Positions 20,177 through 32,100 of a stretch of 64,000 nucleotides of DNA are shown one piece after another. The notes beneath the pieces were generated by a model. It was not told where the DNA came from, ran no database searches, and worked only from the letters and a program-made list of their open reading frames with translations. The translations under genes and the position numbers were made by a program. This DNA is from an uncultured Desulfospira sp. (GTDB lineage: Bacteria; Desulfobacterota; Desulfobacteria; Desulfobacterales; Desulfobacteraceae): the NCBI GenBank assembly GCA_963663165.1, contig OY760175.1, positions 3,648,001 to 3,712,000 on the forward strand. Reading direction: 5' to 3'. Position 1 is the stretch's first letter. The number at the start of each line of letters is the position of its first letter.

Positions 20177-23100
20177 TTAAATTCCGTCGTAAGCCTCTTG
20201 CCAGTTTTTGCTGTGTTTTTTTAACATCTTCCCACCATTATTAATGGATTTTGCCCCTGCAATTATCAAATCCCCAGCGCCCGGCACCTGTGTCCACCCG
20301 ACCGTACCCTCAACCATGGTTTCAATAACGCAGGCATCAGATGTCGGATCTTTTCCCTTTAAGTGCTGTTCATAGGCCTTTGCCGCCATGGGCCCCAAAA
20401 CGATGCCGACCACGGGAACAGCGCCGATTACCGCTCCGGCAATACCGGGCAGAATGCCGTGCTGCCCCCCCATCAAGGCACCGATGGCAGCCCCAAGAAC
20501 CATGGAGCCCATAATAAAGAATTCCCCTTCCGGATCAACCAGGGTCATGGGATTATTTGAAGCATATCCGTAAAACATAACACTTCCCCCCTCAAATCCC
20601 AGGGGATCGACCCTGGTATACCGGCCTGTCTCAGGGTCATAATAACGGTTCCAGTTATAGTGCAGGCCGGTTTCAGCATCATAATACTGGCCCGGGAACC
20701 TCAGGTTGTTTACCACTTGTTCGACCATGACGTCGGTTTTTCCAAAGGCCCGGGCAGTTGCTTTCCATACGACAGTTCCATAAATATCGGTCAGCGCCAG
20801 GGGCGTTCCAAGGTGGTTGTTGTGATAAAAATAGATGTTGCCGCCCTGCTGCATGAATACCGGGTCCGTGGTCCAGCCGCTGCCGGGTTTATAGTCATAT
20901 GTCCTGATTTCATTGCCGGCTGCGTCATATTCCCCTGCCAGGCCTTCATCGGAATAGTAAAACCAGGTCCTGACGCCTTCAACCTCTTTCCACAGCCGTT
21001 TCCCAAACGGGTCATAGCCGTATTCGGCTGTCAGGGTGCCGGTATTAATATCCCCGGCCCATACCTGCACCAGTCGTCCGGTAACGTTATAAACATAGCT
21101 GATGGTATTTCCGTTTTCCGTTTTCCGGATCAGGTTGCCGTTGGCGTCGAACGCCTGGGAGATACCGCCGTAACTTACCAGTTCATTGTTGGCGTTAACC
21201 GTTATCTCACCGGTTACACCGTCAGCATGGGTCCGGTTACCCACCAGATCATAGGCAAAATCTTCTTCAACCGTCCCGTTCTTTGCCACGCCCAGAAGCT
21301 GGTATGCCCTGTCATATGTATAGGAAAAGGAGTCTGTCCCGCTTGTTTGGCCAATGATATTTCCCATGTTATCCAGGGTGACGGCGGCATCTGTCACCGG
21401 GTTTCCTCCGGGATCAGATACCTTGATGCTCAGAGGCCTCATCAACGGATCATGGGTAAATGTCTGCCGGGTTCCACCGGGCAGTGTCGCACCTGTGGGC
21501 GTCATCCATAAGAATCCATTATAGGAAATAGTCCCGACACCGGGTATGGTGATGCCGGAAAGCTGGTTGGCCCCGTCATACTGATAGGTTCTGGTTACCT
21601 GATCCGGGCCGGTATAGGATACTTTCAGCCCGTTTGCGTCATAGGTGTAAGCATGGGATTTGGAAAATGAACCATAGTTAACGGTCTGGGATATTTTCCT
21701 GCCCCCGGCATCATACCAATAGGTCCCGGATATGCTTCCATCTGAATAGGCGGTTAGTTTCCCGGATTTATCATAATCAAACAAGATCTCCTTTACCGGT
21801 TCTGAATAATCGTCTGCCGAATAATACCGGACAGTCACCAGGTTGTTGGCATCCGAGTAAACAAACCGGGTCTTTTGATTTTCAGCATCAATTTTTTCAA
21901 CCAGATTTCCGGCCCCGTCATAATCATAGGACGTGACCTGTCCCATGGGCCGGATCTCTTTTTTCAAGCGGTTGTTCAAGTCATATTCAAACCGGGTGAT
22001 CTGTCCTTTTGCATCCTCCAGGCCGATTAAATTGTCCCTGTTGTCATATAAATACGCGGTTTCCTCTCCATTGGCATTGATCACCTTTTTTATCCTGCCA
22101 AGGCTGTCATATTCAAAGGTGCTTGGATTGCCCTGCCGGTCCTCACGGAAGATAAGGTTTCCGGCCGGGTCATAGGCAAAGCTGCTTTCATGGGACAGCG
22201 CATCACTCAACAGATCGGTCTGTTTAACAATCATCCCCCTTGAATCATACTCAAAGGACCGTGAAAAAGTGGGAAAATCAATTTTTTCAATCTGGTTGGA
22301 ACCGGCCACATTACAGGACGGGCAGGCCTGAGAGAGGCCGGGAACCCCGTAATTGAGAACCGTGTTTATGTTATCGCCGTTTGTAATCTGACTTAATCGT
22401 CCCTGATCGTCGTATCCGAGTCGGTTGGTTTTCCCTTCAGCATCAACCATCCGGACAAGGTTGCCGCCGTCATCATACACCAGGTTGAATTCATGATGAT
22501 CCGGGAATTGAATTCTAACAAGGTTCTCAGACCCATCATATTCGTAAAGTGTCTGCCTGTCCTCTTCATCAAAAAAGGATTGAGTTCTGCCGGCATCATC
22601 ATACACAAACCGCTGTGCATGACCTGCGGGATCGGTTCTTGAAGTGAGCCTGCCTTGATCGTCATATTCAAACTGCCAGGTTTTTCCCCGGCCATCAGTC
22701 ACTGTTTCCGGATTGCCAAGGGAATCATACCCGGTAGCGCTGATTTCATTTCCTTCAGGGTCCTTGATATAGTTGAGGTTCCCTTTGGTATCATACCCGA
22801 ATGTGGTCACTGCATCCTGGGTGCCGTCTTCTCCGGGCACCTTATGGGTGAGGATATTGCCATACGCATCATGGGTATACTCAATGGTCCGTGCCACATC
22901 GGTCCCGGGGGCCTGGACCATGTTTAACAGATTCCCCTTTTCGTCATATTCATAGGTGGTGACCATTCCGCGCTCATCCGTTTTTTTCACCACCTTTGAA
23001 AGAAGCGTATCGTACTCATAGGTCACCGAGGTGCCGTCGGGGTGGGTGACGGATGTCAGATTTTCCCACTCATCATAGGCATAGGTGGTCACATTGCCCA

Positions 23101-26100
23101 GGGCATCGGATACCACCCGGGTTCTGTCGTCATAGGCGCCTTCCGTGACCGGTTCGCCGTTGACCATCTGTTTTTTAAGATACCCGTAAACATCAAACCA
23201 CTTTTCAGTGATCTTCCCGGTCTCGGTGGTGACCCGGGCATAGTACTCGGTCTTTCCCTTGGGCCGTTTGCGGCTGGTCCCGATACCGCTTGAGTATGCC
23301 ATAGCCGAAGTGGTCGTATCCGAATTCTGGGTATATTCAAATTCAGGCCCGTTGCCCTCGGCATCCTTGATGGAAGAGATATAGCTGTTCGCGTTATAGG
23401 AGATAAGAACCGTTTTTCCACTGGGAAGCTCTTTTTTGATGATCCGTTTGAGATCATCGTATTCATACCGGGTTTCCCGGCCCAGAAGATCCGTTACCCC
23501 GGCCATTTTTCCCTGGGAATTATATTCATAGGAGACCTGTCTGCCGTCATAATCGCGTATCCGGACCACCTGGCCGTCTGAATTGTAGTCATACCAGATC
23601 ACCTGGTCACCGAAGTGGTCCTTGATCCCGGTGAGCCGCTCTTCATCGTCGTATACATAATGGATGGTGACATCATTGGCATTGCCGAAGGTGTCCAGGC
23701 GGTCGCCTGTAAATTTGGCCCAGTTGCCCCTTTCATCCTTCCAGACCATGGTCTGGTCAGGGTCCACGGCCACACACCCGGCCCGGGTCCCGGGCGAAGA
23801 TGACGGCGCGGAATATGTCACTGTCCCGTCGGATTCCAAGGTGTCGGTCACCGGTTCGAACCGGAGCCCGTCTATGTAAAGATACCGGATGGTACCGCCG
23901 GACGTCCGGACCACCTGGGCCTTTCCTCCCAGGCTGTTGATATGCCAGTTGCGTTTGCTGTAAGAATCAACGGCATATGCCGCCCCTTTGGATGCCGGCG
24001 CTTTGGCCTGCAGGGATGCGGCGGCCACGGTATAGTGCTTGACCTCGTTGTAATACCGGGTGATGTCAATGGTATGCCCCATAACCTTTACGCTCATATC
24101 GTTTACGTAATCGAGGTATTTGCCCCGCATCAGGTCTACATAACTGCTGACGGTCTGGCTGGTTTTGCTGTTACAGCACTCGTCACAGGCCCGGCAGTTG
24201 GGCTCCGGCTCGCAAAGGATGCCTTCCATGTCATCCGGGGCCTGGGCCGGGGTGGGAATACTGCTGCCGGTCCCGCTCCCGGAGCCCCCGCTAAGATAGG
24301 TGGTATCAACGGTAAATCCGCTGCTGAACCCGGTGCTGCCCCCGCTGCCGGCGTCACATTCGCCGTTGTCATAGATAATGCAGTGAAGTGCGCCGCTCAG
24401 GCTTTCGGTGCCGTTGGCACACTCCCAGCCATAGGTAATTTCCGTGCATTGGTTTAATACCCGGCATCCACCGGCACCGGTATCTTCGGACCCGTCCGGG
24501 GCTGAAAGGCAGGTGACCCTGAAAGGAACGGTAACCCGCCCATTGGGGGCGATGGCTTCGGGAAGGGCGGACAACAGCTCATATTGAAACACATCGTTTC
24601 CCTGGGGCAGGGTAAAGGAAAGGTCATCCGCCTGGATCAGGCCGTAATTGACCAGGGTAAACTCCCCGTTGTACACATCTCCGGCAGACATTTTTGGCAG
24701 GTAGACCGATGCCGGCTCCACCACCACAACCGGGGCCGGGACATCGGTCACAAATGTGGTGGTCAATACAATTTCATATTTGTCCGTAATGGTGGTGGGA
24801 ACCACCTCCCACTGGACACTGACCAGCTGGTAATCCAGAAAGATATCCTGGCTGGCGGTGATCCCGGGCCTGATCCAGAAGCGGCCGGTATATTCCAGGT
24901 GTTCATCGGCACTGATCCGGCACTGGTAACTGCCTGCGGGAAGATCCTGGAAAAGGGCTTCGCCTAAATCATCCGTGGTCAGGGTCTGGTCAATATCGGG
25001 AAGGGCATCGTTTATCAGGCGGATTCGGGCGTTTTCCAGGCCCTGCCTTAGTTCATTGGCTTCATCAAAGGTGCCCGTATAGATATCGGAAACCTTAAAA
25101 AGGATATTGCCCTGGCCGGAATTGGTGACCGCGGCCAGCAGTCCCACATCGGTCTGGGCATAATTATCGCTTTGGATCCTCAGATAAAAGGTATAGTACC
25201 CCTGGGTAACAGAGGATGTGGGGGCAAAGGAGATATCCACCTGTTTTTCTTGTCCCACCTCAATTTGGTCATATGCCGCAGGGGTGTTGAGCCGGACCCA
25301 TTCCGGTGCCGGGGTCCCGTCCTCAAGCACCAGGGAAAGGGACGGGTTCTTCAGTATTTCAAGTCCGGTATTCTTGAGCATCAGGCTTTCCACCCGGGTC
25401 TCTTCCTGGGCCACCCCCGTTTCAATGACTCCCGGCGAGACGGTCAGGACGGGGCTGGCCTGGGATAAATTGATATTCAGATCTATGGTCTGCCATCCGT
25501 CATCTCCTGATTCATCACTCACCACTTTCAGGACGGCCTGGATCTGTGAATCCGCCGTATTATCGGCCCAGAGCGTAAAATCAAGGGCTTTGGTTGTGCC
25601 CGGGCAAAGAGAGGAGAGCCCATCACCCGGATCCAGGTGCAGCCCTGTGGCAAGCTCCCCTGAGGGCTGGTCCTGTGCCTGGTATAAAAGTTTGACATTG
25701 GTCAGACTGGTTCCGCCCCCGGTTAAGAGGGTGACGGTGCCCGTTGCCGTATAATTTCTGGAAATCCGAATATTAAAATTTAAAGGCGACACGGCCAGGC
25801 TGTGGATGGTAAATTCGCCCTGGGGGCTGCGGTCCGTCAAATCCGGGTGGACCGCAAAAACCTGGTAAAGCCCGGATTCCTTTTCAAGGGGAACAAAAGA
25901 ATAGGCAAAAGAGCCGTCTTCACCGGTGAGCACCCGAAAGGTTCGTTCAAACCCGTTGACCTTGATCACCAGGTTCAGGGAAGCATCAGGTTTGGGCAGT
26001 CCGGTTGCCCGGTCAACGGCACGGCCGGAAATCAGGATCTCCTCATCCCCGAAAGAGACTTCCGGGCTGATGGACAGGACCTGGCCGTAATAGGACGTAT

Positions 26101-29100
26101 CCACCAGGGTCAGTTCCCGGATCTGGGTTAAGCCGGACATGGAGACTTCAGAATCTGATCCCGTGCCATAGTGAATCCGGTCAATGGCCAGTTCAACCTG
26201 GGCCGTGTCGGATATGGCGGCGGGTACCTGGATCTGAACCGCATCAGACGTAAAAATATCCCCGGGGTCTATTTTGGCCACGGTATCGCCGTTGGGCAGG
26301 GTGGTGACGGCAAGGCCGGTTTTCTGGACAAAGGCGGCCGTGGAAGAGACATTGCCGTCCTCATCCAGGAGTCTGAACCGGATCTCATCGGAAGAGCCGC
26401 CACTCTTTGCAGTCATAATTTCAATGGACTCCTGGCCGGTATTCTCCAGGGTGAACCGGACCTCTCCCGTGCCGCCCCGGGTAAATTCCTCATTAAGGAT
26501 CCCGGCAATGAGCATCCCGTCCCGGACCTGGACCTCACGGTTTTGGATAATCCGGACCTGGTCCGAGGTTGTGGGGCTGATGTCAATGGTGACGGCCATG
26601 GCTTCGAGATCTTCCAGCTGCGCATATCCGCCCATAACCACAGGGACGACCCGGTATTCACCGGCTTCAAGGGCAAACGGATCGCTTATATGAGAGTTGC
26701 CGCCGATATCCACCATCACCTGTACCGGATCAAGGGGGGTTTCAGAAAAATTGCCCACCAGGAACTCCAGACGGTTCATCAATCCCCGCCTTATGGGGGA
26801 GAGCCCGGCGATCCGGGTCTCAAGGTCCGGAACATACACCAGGATCTCATCCAGCCGGTCCTGGAAATCCGTTATATCTGCTTTGTTGAGCAGATCAATA
26901 CCGGTTTCGGGAAGCCAGAGGCTTCTGGCAAGGCTTACGGCGCTGTTAACCTCATCAACGGCCACCACCGCATACTGGATGCTGTCCGAGGTATAACCGG
27001 TATCCTCATAGGAAAATTGGGTAATCAAGGCGTCATTGAGTTGGGTTCCGGTCGGGTCCGGGCCCGAATAGATATCAAATCCCGAGACACCGGCATTGCC
27101 GTGGGTCCAGGAAATCACCGGGAACTTTTCATCTTCCTGGACAACGGCCATTCCGGAAACCGGCAGCAGGGCCGCATTCAAATATGCCGTGGCGGGTTCG
27201 GATTCGTTCTGGGCCTCATCCACAGCCGTTATCCCGTAATGGGGGGCGGTATGGATTGGAGACGGATCCAGGACCTCAAGGGCTGCGATCCCCTGGATCA
27301 GGGCGGTCATTCCCAGAACGGATGTGACGGGCTGGGCATCCCTGTAAAGGGTATACAAAAGGCTTTCCCCTTCTTCAACCCCATCCCAGGATGCCCGGAT
27401 TCCCTGTCCGGTCAACTCCAGGGTGAAATTGGCCGGCATGTCCGGGGCAGTGGCATCGGACAGGGCGCTTACCGGATCACTTAAGGGGCTCAAGCTCTCA
27501 AGCTCGCCGATCTGCCGGATGCTGGCCAAAGCGTAGGTATAAAGGCCTTCGGGTTCGGCATTGGCAACAGGGTCATCGGTAAATGTATCTGTATCCAGTG
27601 TTCTGGCAAAGAGGGTAAGGGCCTCTTCACCAGGGGCTTTTCGATAAATCTGATATCCGGCACTCTCCTCAATTTCAGTCCATGACAGCCTGATTTTTCC
27701 GCCGGCAAGAGATTGCGCCGTAAAGTCATCGGGTGCGCTTAAGGGGGGCAGATCCCCCTGGAAGATTTCAAAACGGTTTTCCCCTGTAATGCGGCGGCTT
27801 TCATTGTCCAGATCATCCATGGCTGAAAAGGTAAACACCATAAACTCAGCCGCCTCAAGCCCGGCATCGGCCGGCAGGTCAAACATTACCTGGAAGGTCT
27901 GGGCATCCCCGGATTCAGCCGGAATTTCTGTCAGGGCCCCGCAGCCGGTTTCAGCCCGGTCCGCTCCGGACAGAAGGTATGAGAGTGCGGGGACGGTGCC
28001 GGATTTCACCGCTTCGTCCAGGCCCAGGGTAACGGTCAGGGACGCCGGCTCGTCCGGGTCATTTTGAACCGGGGCCGGGGGATCAACGGCAATTCTGGTC
28101 AGAACGGGTCCCTGGGTATCAATCAGAACGGATTTTCCCGATTGAATTTCAGTTCCCCGGTTTCCCACAAGGTCCCGCCCGGAAAATATCGCCCAGGCCT
28201 GCCCCGAAGGCGTGGCCGTGTCAATGGAGAATCCCCCTTCGTATTGGGTATCGTCTGTTTTTGTCAAAGAAATGATAATGGGGTTGCCGCCGGTCGGGGT
28301 CAGGCTGAAAAACGGGGTTGTCAAAAGGGGCTCGCTCAGTGTCAGGACGACATTGACCACGCCGGTTCCCATTCTTTGGGACACGGCATCATAAAACCCC
28401 GAATGAACGAACTCAACTTGTTCCACAAAGGGCATGACCCTGTCGGATACTGCCTGGGCCTTTTCCGACAGCAGGCTTTCATTTCCGGCCGTGTCCACTG
28501 CGGCAATCCGGTATATCCAGGTACCGTCCTCAGGGGGAAGGTCATTGAAAAGGCAGGATAAAGCCAGGGAGGAATTGACCGCCACGGCATCTGCGGGCAG
28601 GCTGAAATCCGCATTAGACCGGTAAATGTTATACCCTTTGACACCGGTATCTTCCGGGGACTGCCAGGAGAGCCGGATCACCCCGGCCTGGCCGGCCGTT
28701 GCCGACAGATGGGTGGGGGGCATGGGAATGGCTGTGTCCAGTGTCACGGAAACGGCCGTGGTCAGGGCACTGTCTCCTTTCCGGTTCCGGGCACAGGCCT
28801 GAATACGGTTAAGCCCTTCGGTCAGGCCCACTTTAACGGAAAAATTGCCGTCGTCTCCAACATCGGTTTGGGCCGATTCCTGTCCATTGACAAAAATCAC
28901 CAGAATGCTGCCTGCCGGGGCCGTCCCTGTGGCCGTAATGACGGGCACACCGGTGACGCAGGCTTCAGGTGAGACCAGGACCGGCGGATCAGGAAGATCC
29001 AGATCAATGGTAAAGGCAATATCTTTGGACGAAACATTGCCCAGGGAATCCATTGCCGTAATGGTCAGGATATGGGCACCGTCTGAGAAATCTTCCAAAG

Positions 29101-32100
29101 AGAGCCGGCAGCTGTAGGTGGTTGATCCGTTATTGTCCGTATAGACCAGATTCCCGTCCACCAGAAACGAGACCTGGCTGATGCCGGCTGGATCAGATCC
29201 GGTCAGGGTAATCCAGCCGGTTTTTCCAAGGGTCATATTTTCCTGGAAAGTGTCTGAATCCCATTGGGTATCTGTTATGGAAGGCCCCTGGGTGTCCGGG
29301 ACCGGTACGGCGCAAATTGTTGCAACCCCGGTATTTTCCCCTCCGGACAGGTTGACGGTTGTCACGGCCATATAATAGGTGGTGTTGTTGGTCAGCCCGG
29401 CTATTCCGGCTGAAAGGCCGGTGGCGGTAACTGCCGGGGAAAGGCCGGTGACATCTGAGAAATCAGAATCACTGATATAGATACGGTACTGTTTGACCAG
29501 CTCTGACGGTTCTGCCCCGTCCCAGGTCAGATTCACGTATCCGCTGTGGGGATCAGATATAAGATTGACGGGGTTGGGAAGCCACGTAATACCGGAAAGC
29601 TGTACCCCCGCACTTTCGTTCCCGGAAAAATCAAGGGCCGTAATCCTGAACCATACCCGGGTGGCCGGGGCAAGGCCGGTGAGCTCATAACCGGCCTGGG
29701 AGGCGGGAATATCCGTCCCTTCAGTTTGGCCGTCAATATAGACCCTGTAACCGGACAGATCCCCATAGGTGTTGGCCGAATGGGTCCAGGAAAACAGCAG
29801 CCGGTCATTAAAACATTGGACCGCAAGTCCGGTGGCATCCTCGGGCGGGGTGGTATCGGCAATCAGGGGAAGGGCTTGGGAAAGCGCATTGTTGAGCTCA
29901 TCAGACTCTTCGACCTCACCGCTGCTGTCGGCATTGACCGTTATGGTGTGGTAGCCGGGAGTGCTTTTCCAGGTCCAGGTGACATCAAGGAGATCCCCGG
30001 GCATCATGACCTGGTTAAGCCGTGAGGTCCTGACCGGATTTTCATCAATTAGAAAGGCAATATTCACGGGCACGGCCAGGGGGCCTTCACCGGTATTTTC
30101 GATCTTTGCCGTAAAGACAAGGGGAGTGCCGGACTGGATATCCTGGGCCGGTTCCCAGGATATGGCCGAAACCGTAAGATCCGGGGGCGGCCCCTGGGTC
30201 AGGAACCGGAAGACTTTACTTGCGGTCGCTTCTCCTGCTGCATCTTTTGCAACCACCTGCCAGTAATACCAGGTTCCCAGGGCAAGGTCCGACACCGTAT
30301 AGCCCGGTGAAGACAGATCCTGGGCAAGTAGGACCAGGCTGTCAGGCCCTGTTCCGAAGTAAAGATCATAGGTCAGCACATCCCAGGGGTTGGGGTCGCT
30401 GCACTGCCAGGACAGGGCAAGGGTGCCGTCGGTTAAGGCAACCTGAGTCCCCTGGTCTGCCGGAACCGGGCTGACCGGGGCAAACGGGGCGGTATTGGGC
30501 GGCGGAAGGGTAACACAGTCGCTGGGCTCAATCAGCCAGGGGGCGGTTTCCACTTCCCCGTAGACCGCATCCCCGGCATAACCGGGTCCCTGGACATCAT
30601 TCCACCAGTTGTTGGCCGCGGTTACGGCCAGGGTATTATTGTATATGCCAAACTGGCTGTTTCCCACAAAATTATTCTGTTCAATATAGGGGGCGGCTGA
30701 ATTTTCAAGTCTGATGCCGGTCTGGTTTTCCGTTAGGTTGTTGCAGTGCAGCACGGCATTGTTGCACCCGGTTCCGGACAGATAAATCCCTGCCGCGGAA
30801 CTTGCCCGGACAGTGGTATTGACAATGGTCGGAGACGCGTTGCCGCACAAAATAGCCCCATTAACGTCTTGTCCGGCAAATTCCACCACGCAATGGTCCA
30901 GCATCGTGTCAGCGTCAACCGTCAGGTCCTGAAAATTGATTCCCCGCCAGTCACCGGGAGCCGGGGCCTCGCTGGCCGAGGTGAACAATACCGGGGCGTC
31001 CGCCGTGCCGTTGACCTTTAATGTGCCCAAATCGTAACCATAACCGATCTTAAGCCAGGAATAGCCTTCAAATTTTACAATTGATCCGGCCTCTACGGTT
31101 AATATGGCCGGGGTGCTGCTGTCTTTGAAAACATACAGGTCCCCGTTTACCACATAGGGCAGGCCCTCATTGGCATGCCAGGTGGATTTCCAGTTGAGCG
31201 TTCCGGCATCCATCCGGATTCCCCTGGACGCTACTCCCGCATTGCCCGTCATATGTTCCAGGTTTACATCCGGGTAAAATCGCAGCCCGTATTCGTCATT
31301 TTGGGTAAAGGTGTTGTCCTGGATTACCGGCGAGGCGTTGCCTTTAAAATAAATCCCGGACCCGGCATTGGCCGTGAAGGTCGAATTTTTAATGACAGCG
31401 CTGCTGCCGCTGCCCTGGCCGGACAGCCCAAAACCGAGGTTCTCCTGAAACCGGGCGTTTTCTATTGTCGGGGCTGCGTTTCCCAGATAAATCCCCGCAT
31501 TGGTTCCACAGCCTGCGTATTCAACGGTAAAATGCCTCAGGACCGTCTGATCATCCACGGTCTTGTCATGAAAACTGATCCCCTGCCAGTCTCCGGGGGC
31601 CGGGTTCTCACTGGCCGAGGTGAACAATACCGGGGCATCTGCCGTGCCATTGACCTTTAATGTGCCCAAATCGTAGCCGTAACCGATCTGCAGCCGAATA
31701 TTGTCTTTAAATTTTACAATTGATCCCGCCTCTATGGTTAAAACGGCCGGGGTGCTGCTGTTTTTGCAGACAGTCACGTTTCCGGCCACCACATAGGGCA
31801 GGCCGTCATTGGCATGCCAGGTGGATTTCCAGTTGACCGTTCCGCCATCTATTCTGATCCCGTTGGACGTAACCCCCGCATTGCCCGTCATATTTTCCAG
31901 GTTTACACCCGGGTGGAACTGCAGGCCGTATTCGTCATTGCCGATAAAGGTGTTGTCCCGGATTACCGGGGAGGCATTATCCTGAAAATAGATCCCGGAC
32001 CCGGCATTGGCCGTGAAGGTTGAATTTTCAATCACGGCGCTGCTGGTGCTGCCCTGGCCGGCCAGCCCAAAACCGAGGTTCTCCTGAAACCGGGCGTTTT

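Noticed and set aside
26171..27484. 437-aa antisense ORF (and similar shadows such as 20660..21511 and 48206..49189)
   Set aside because: They lie wholly opposite well-supported genes and have no motifs; this is expected from codon bias
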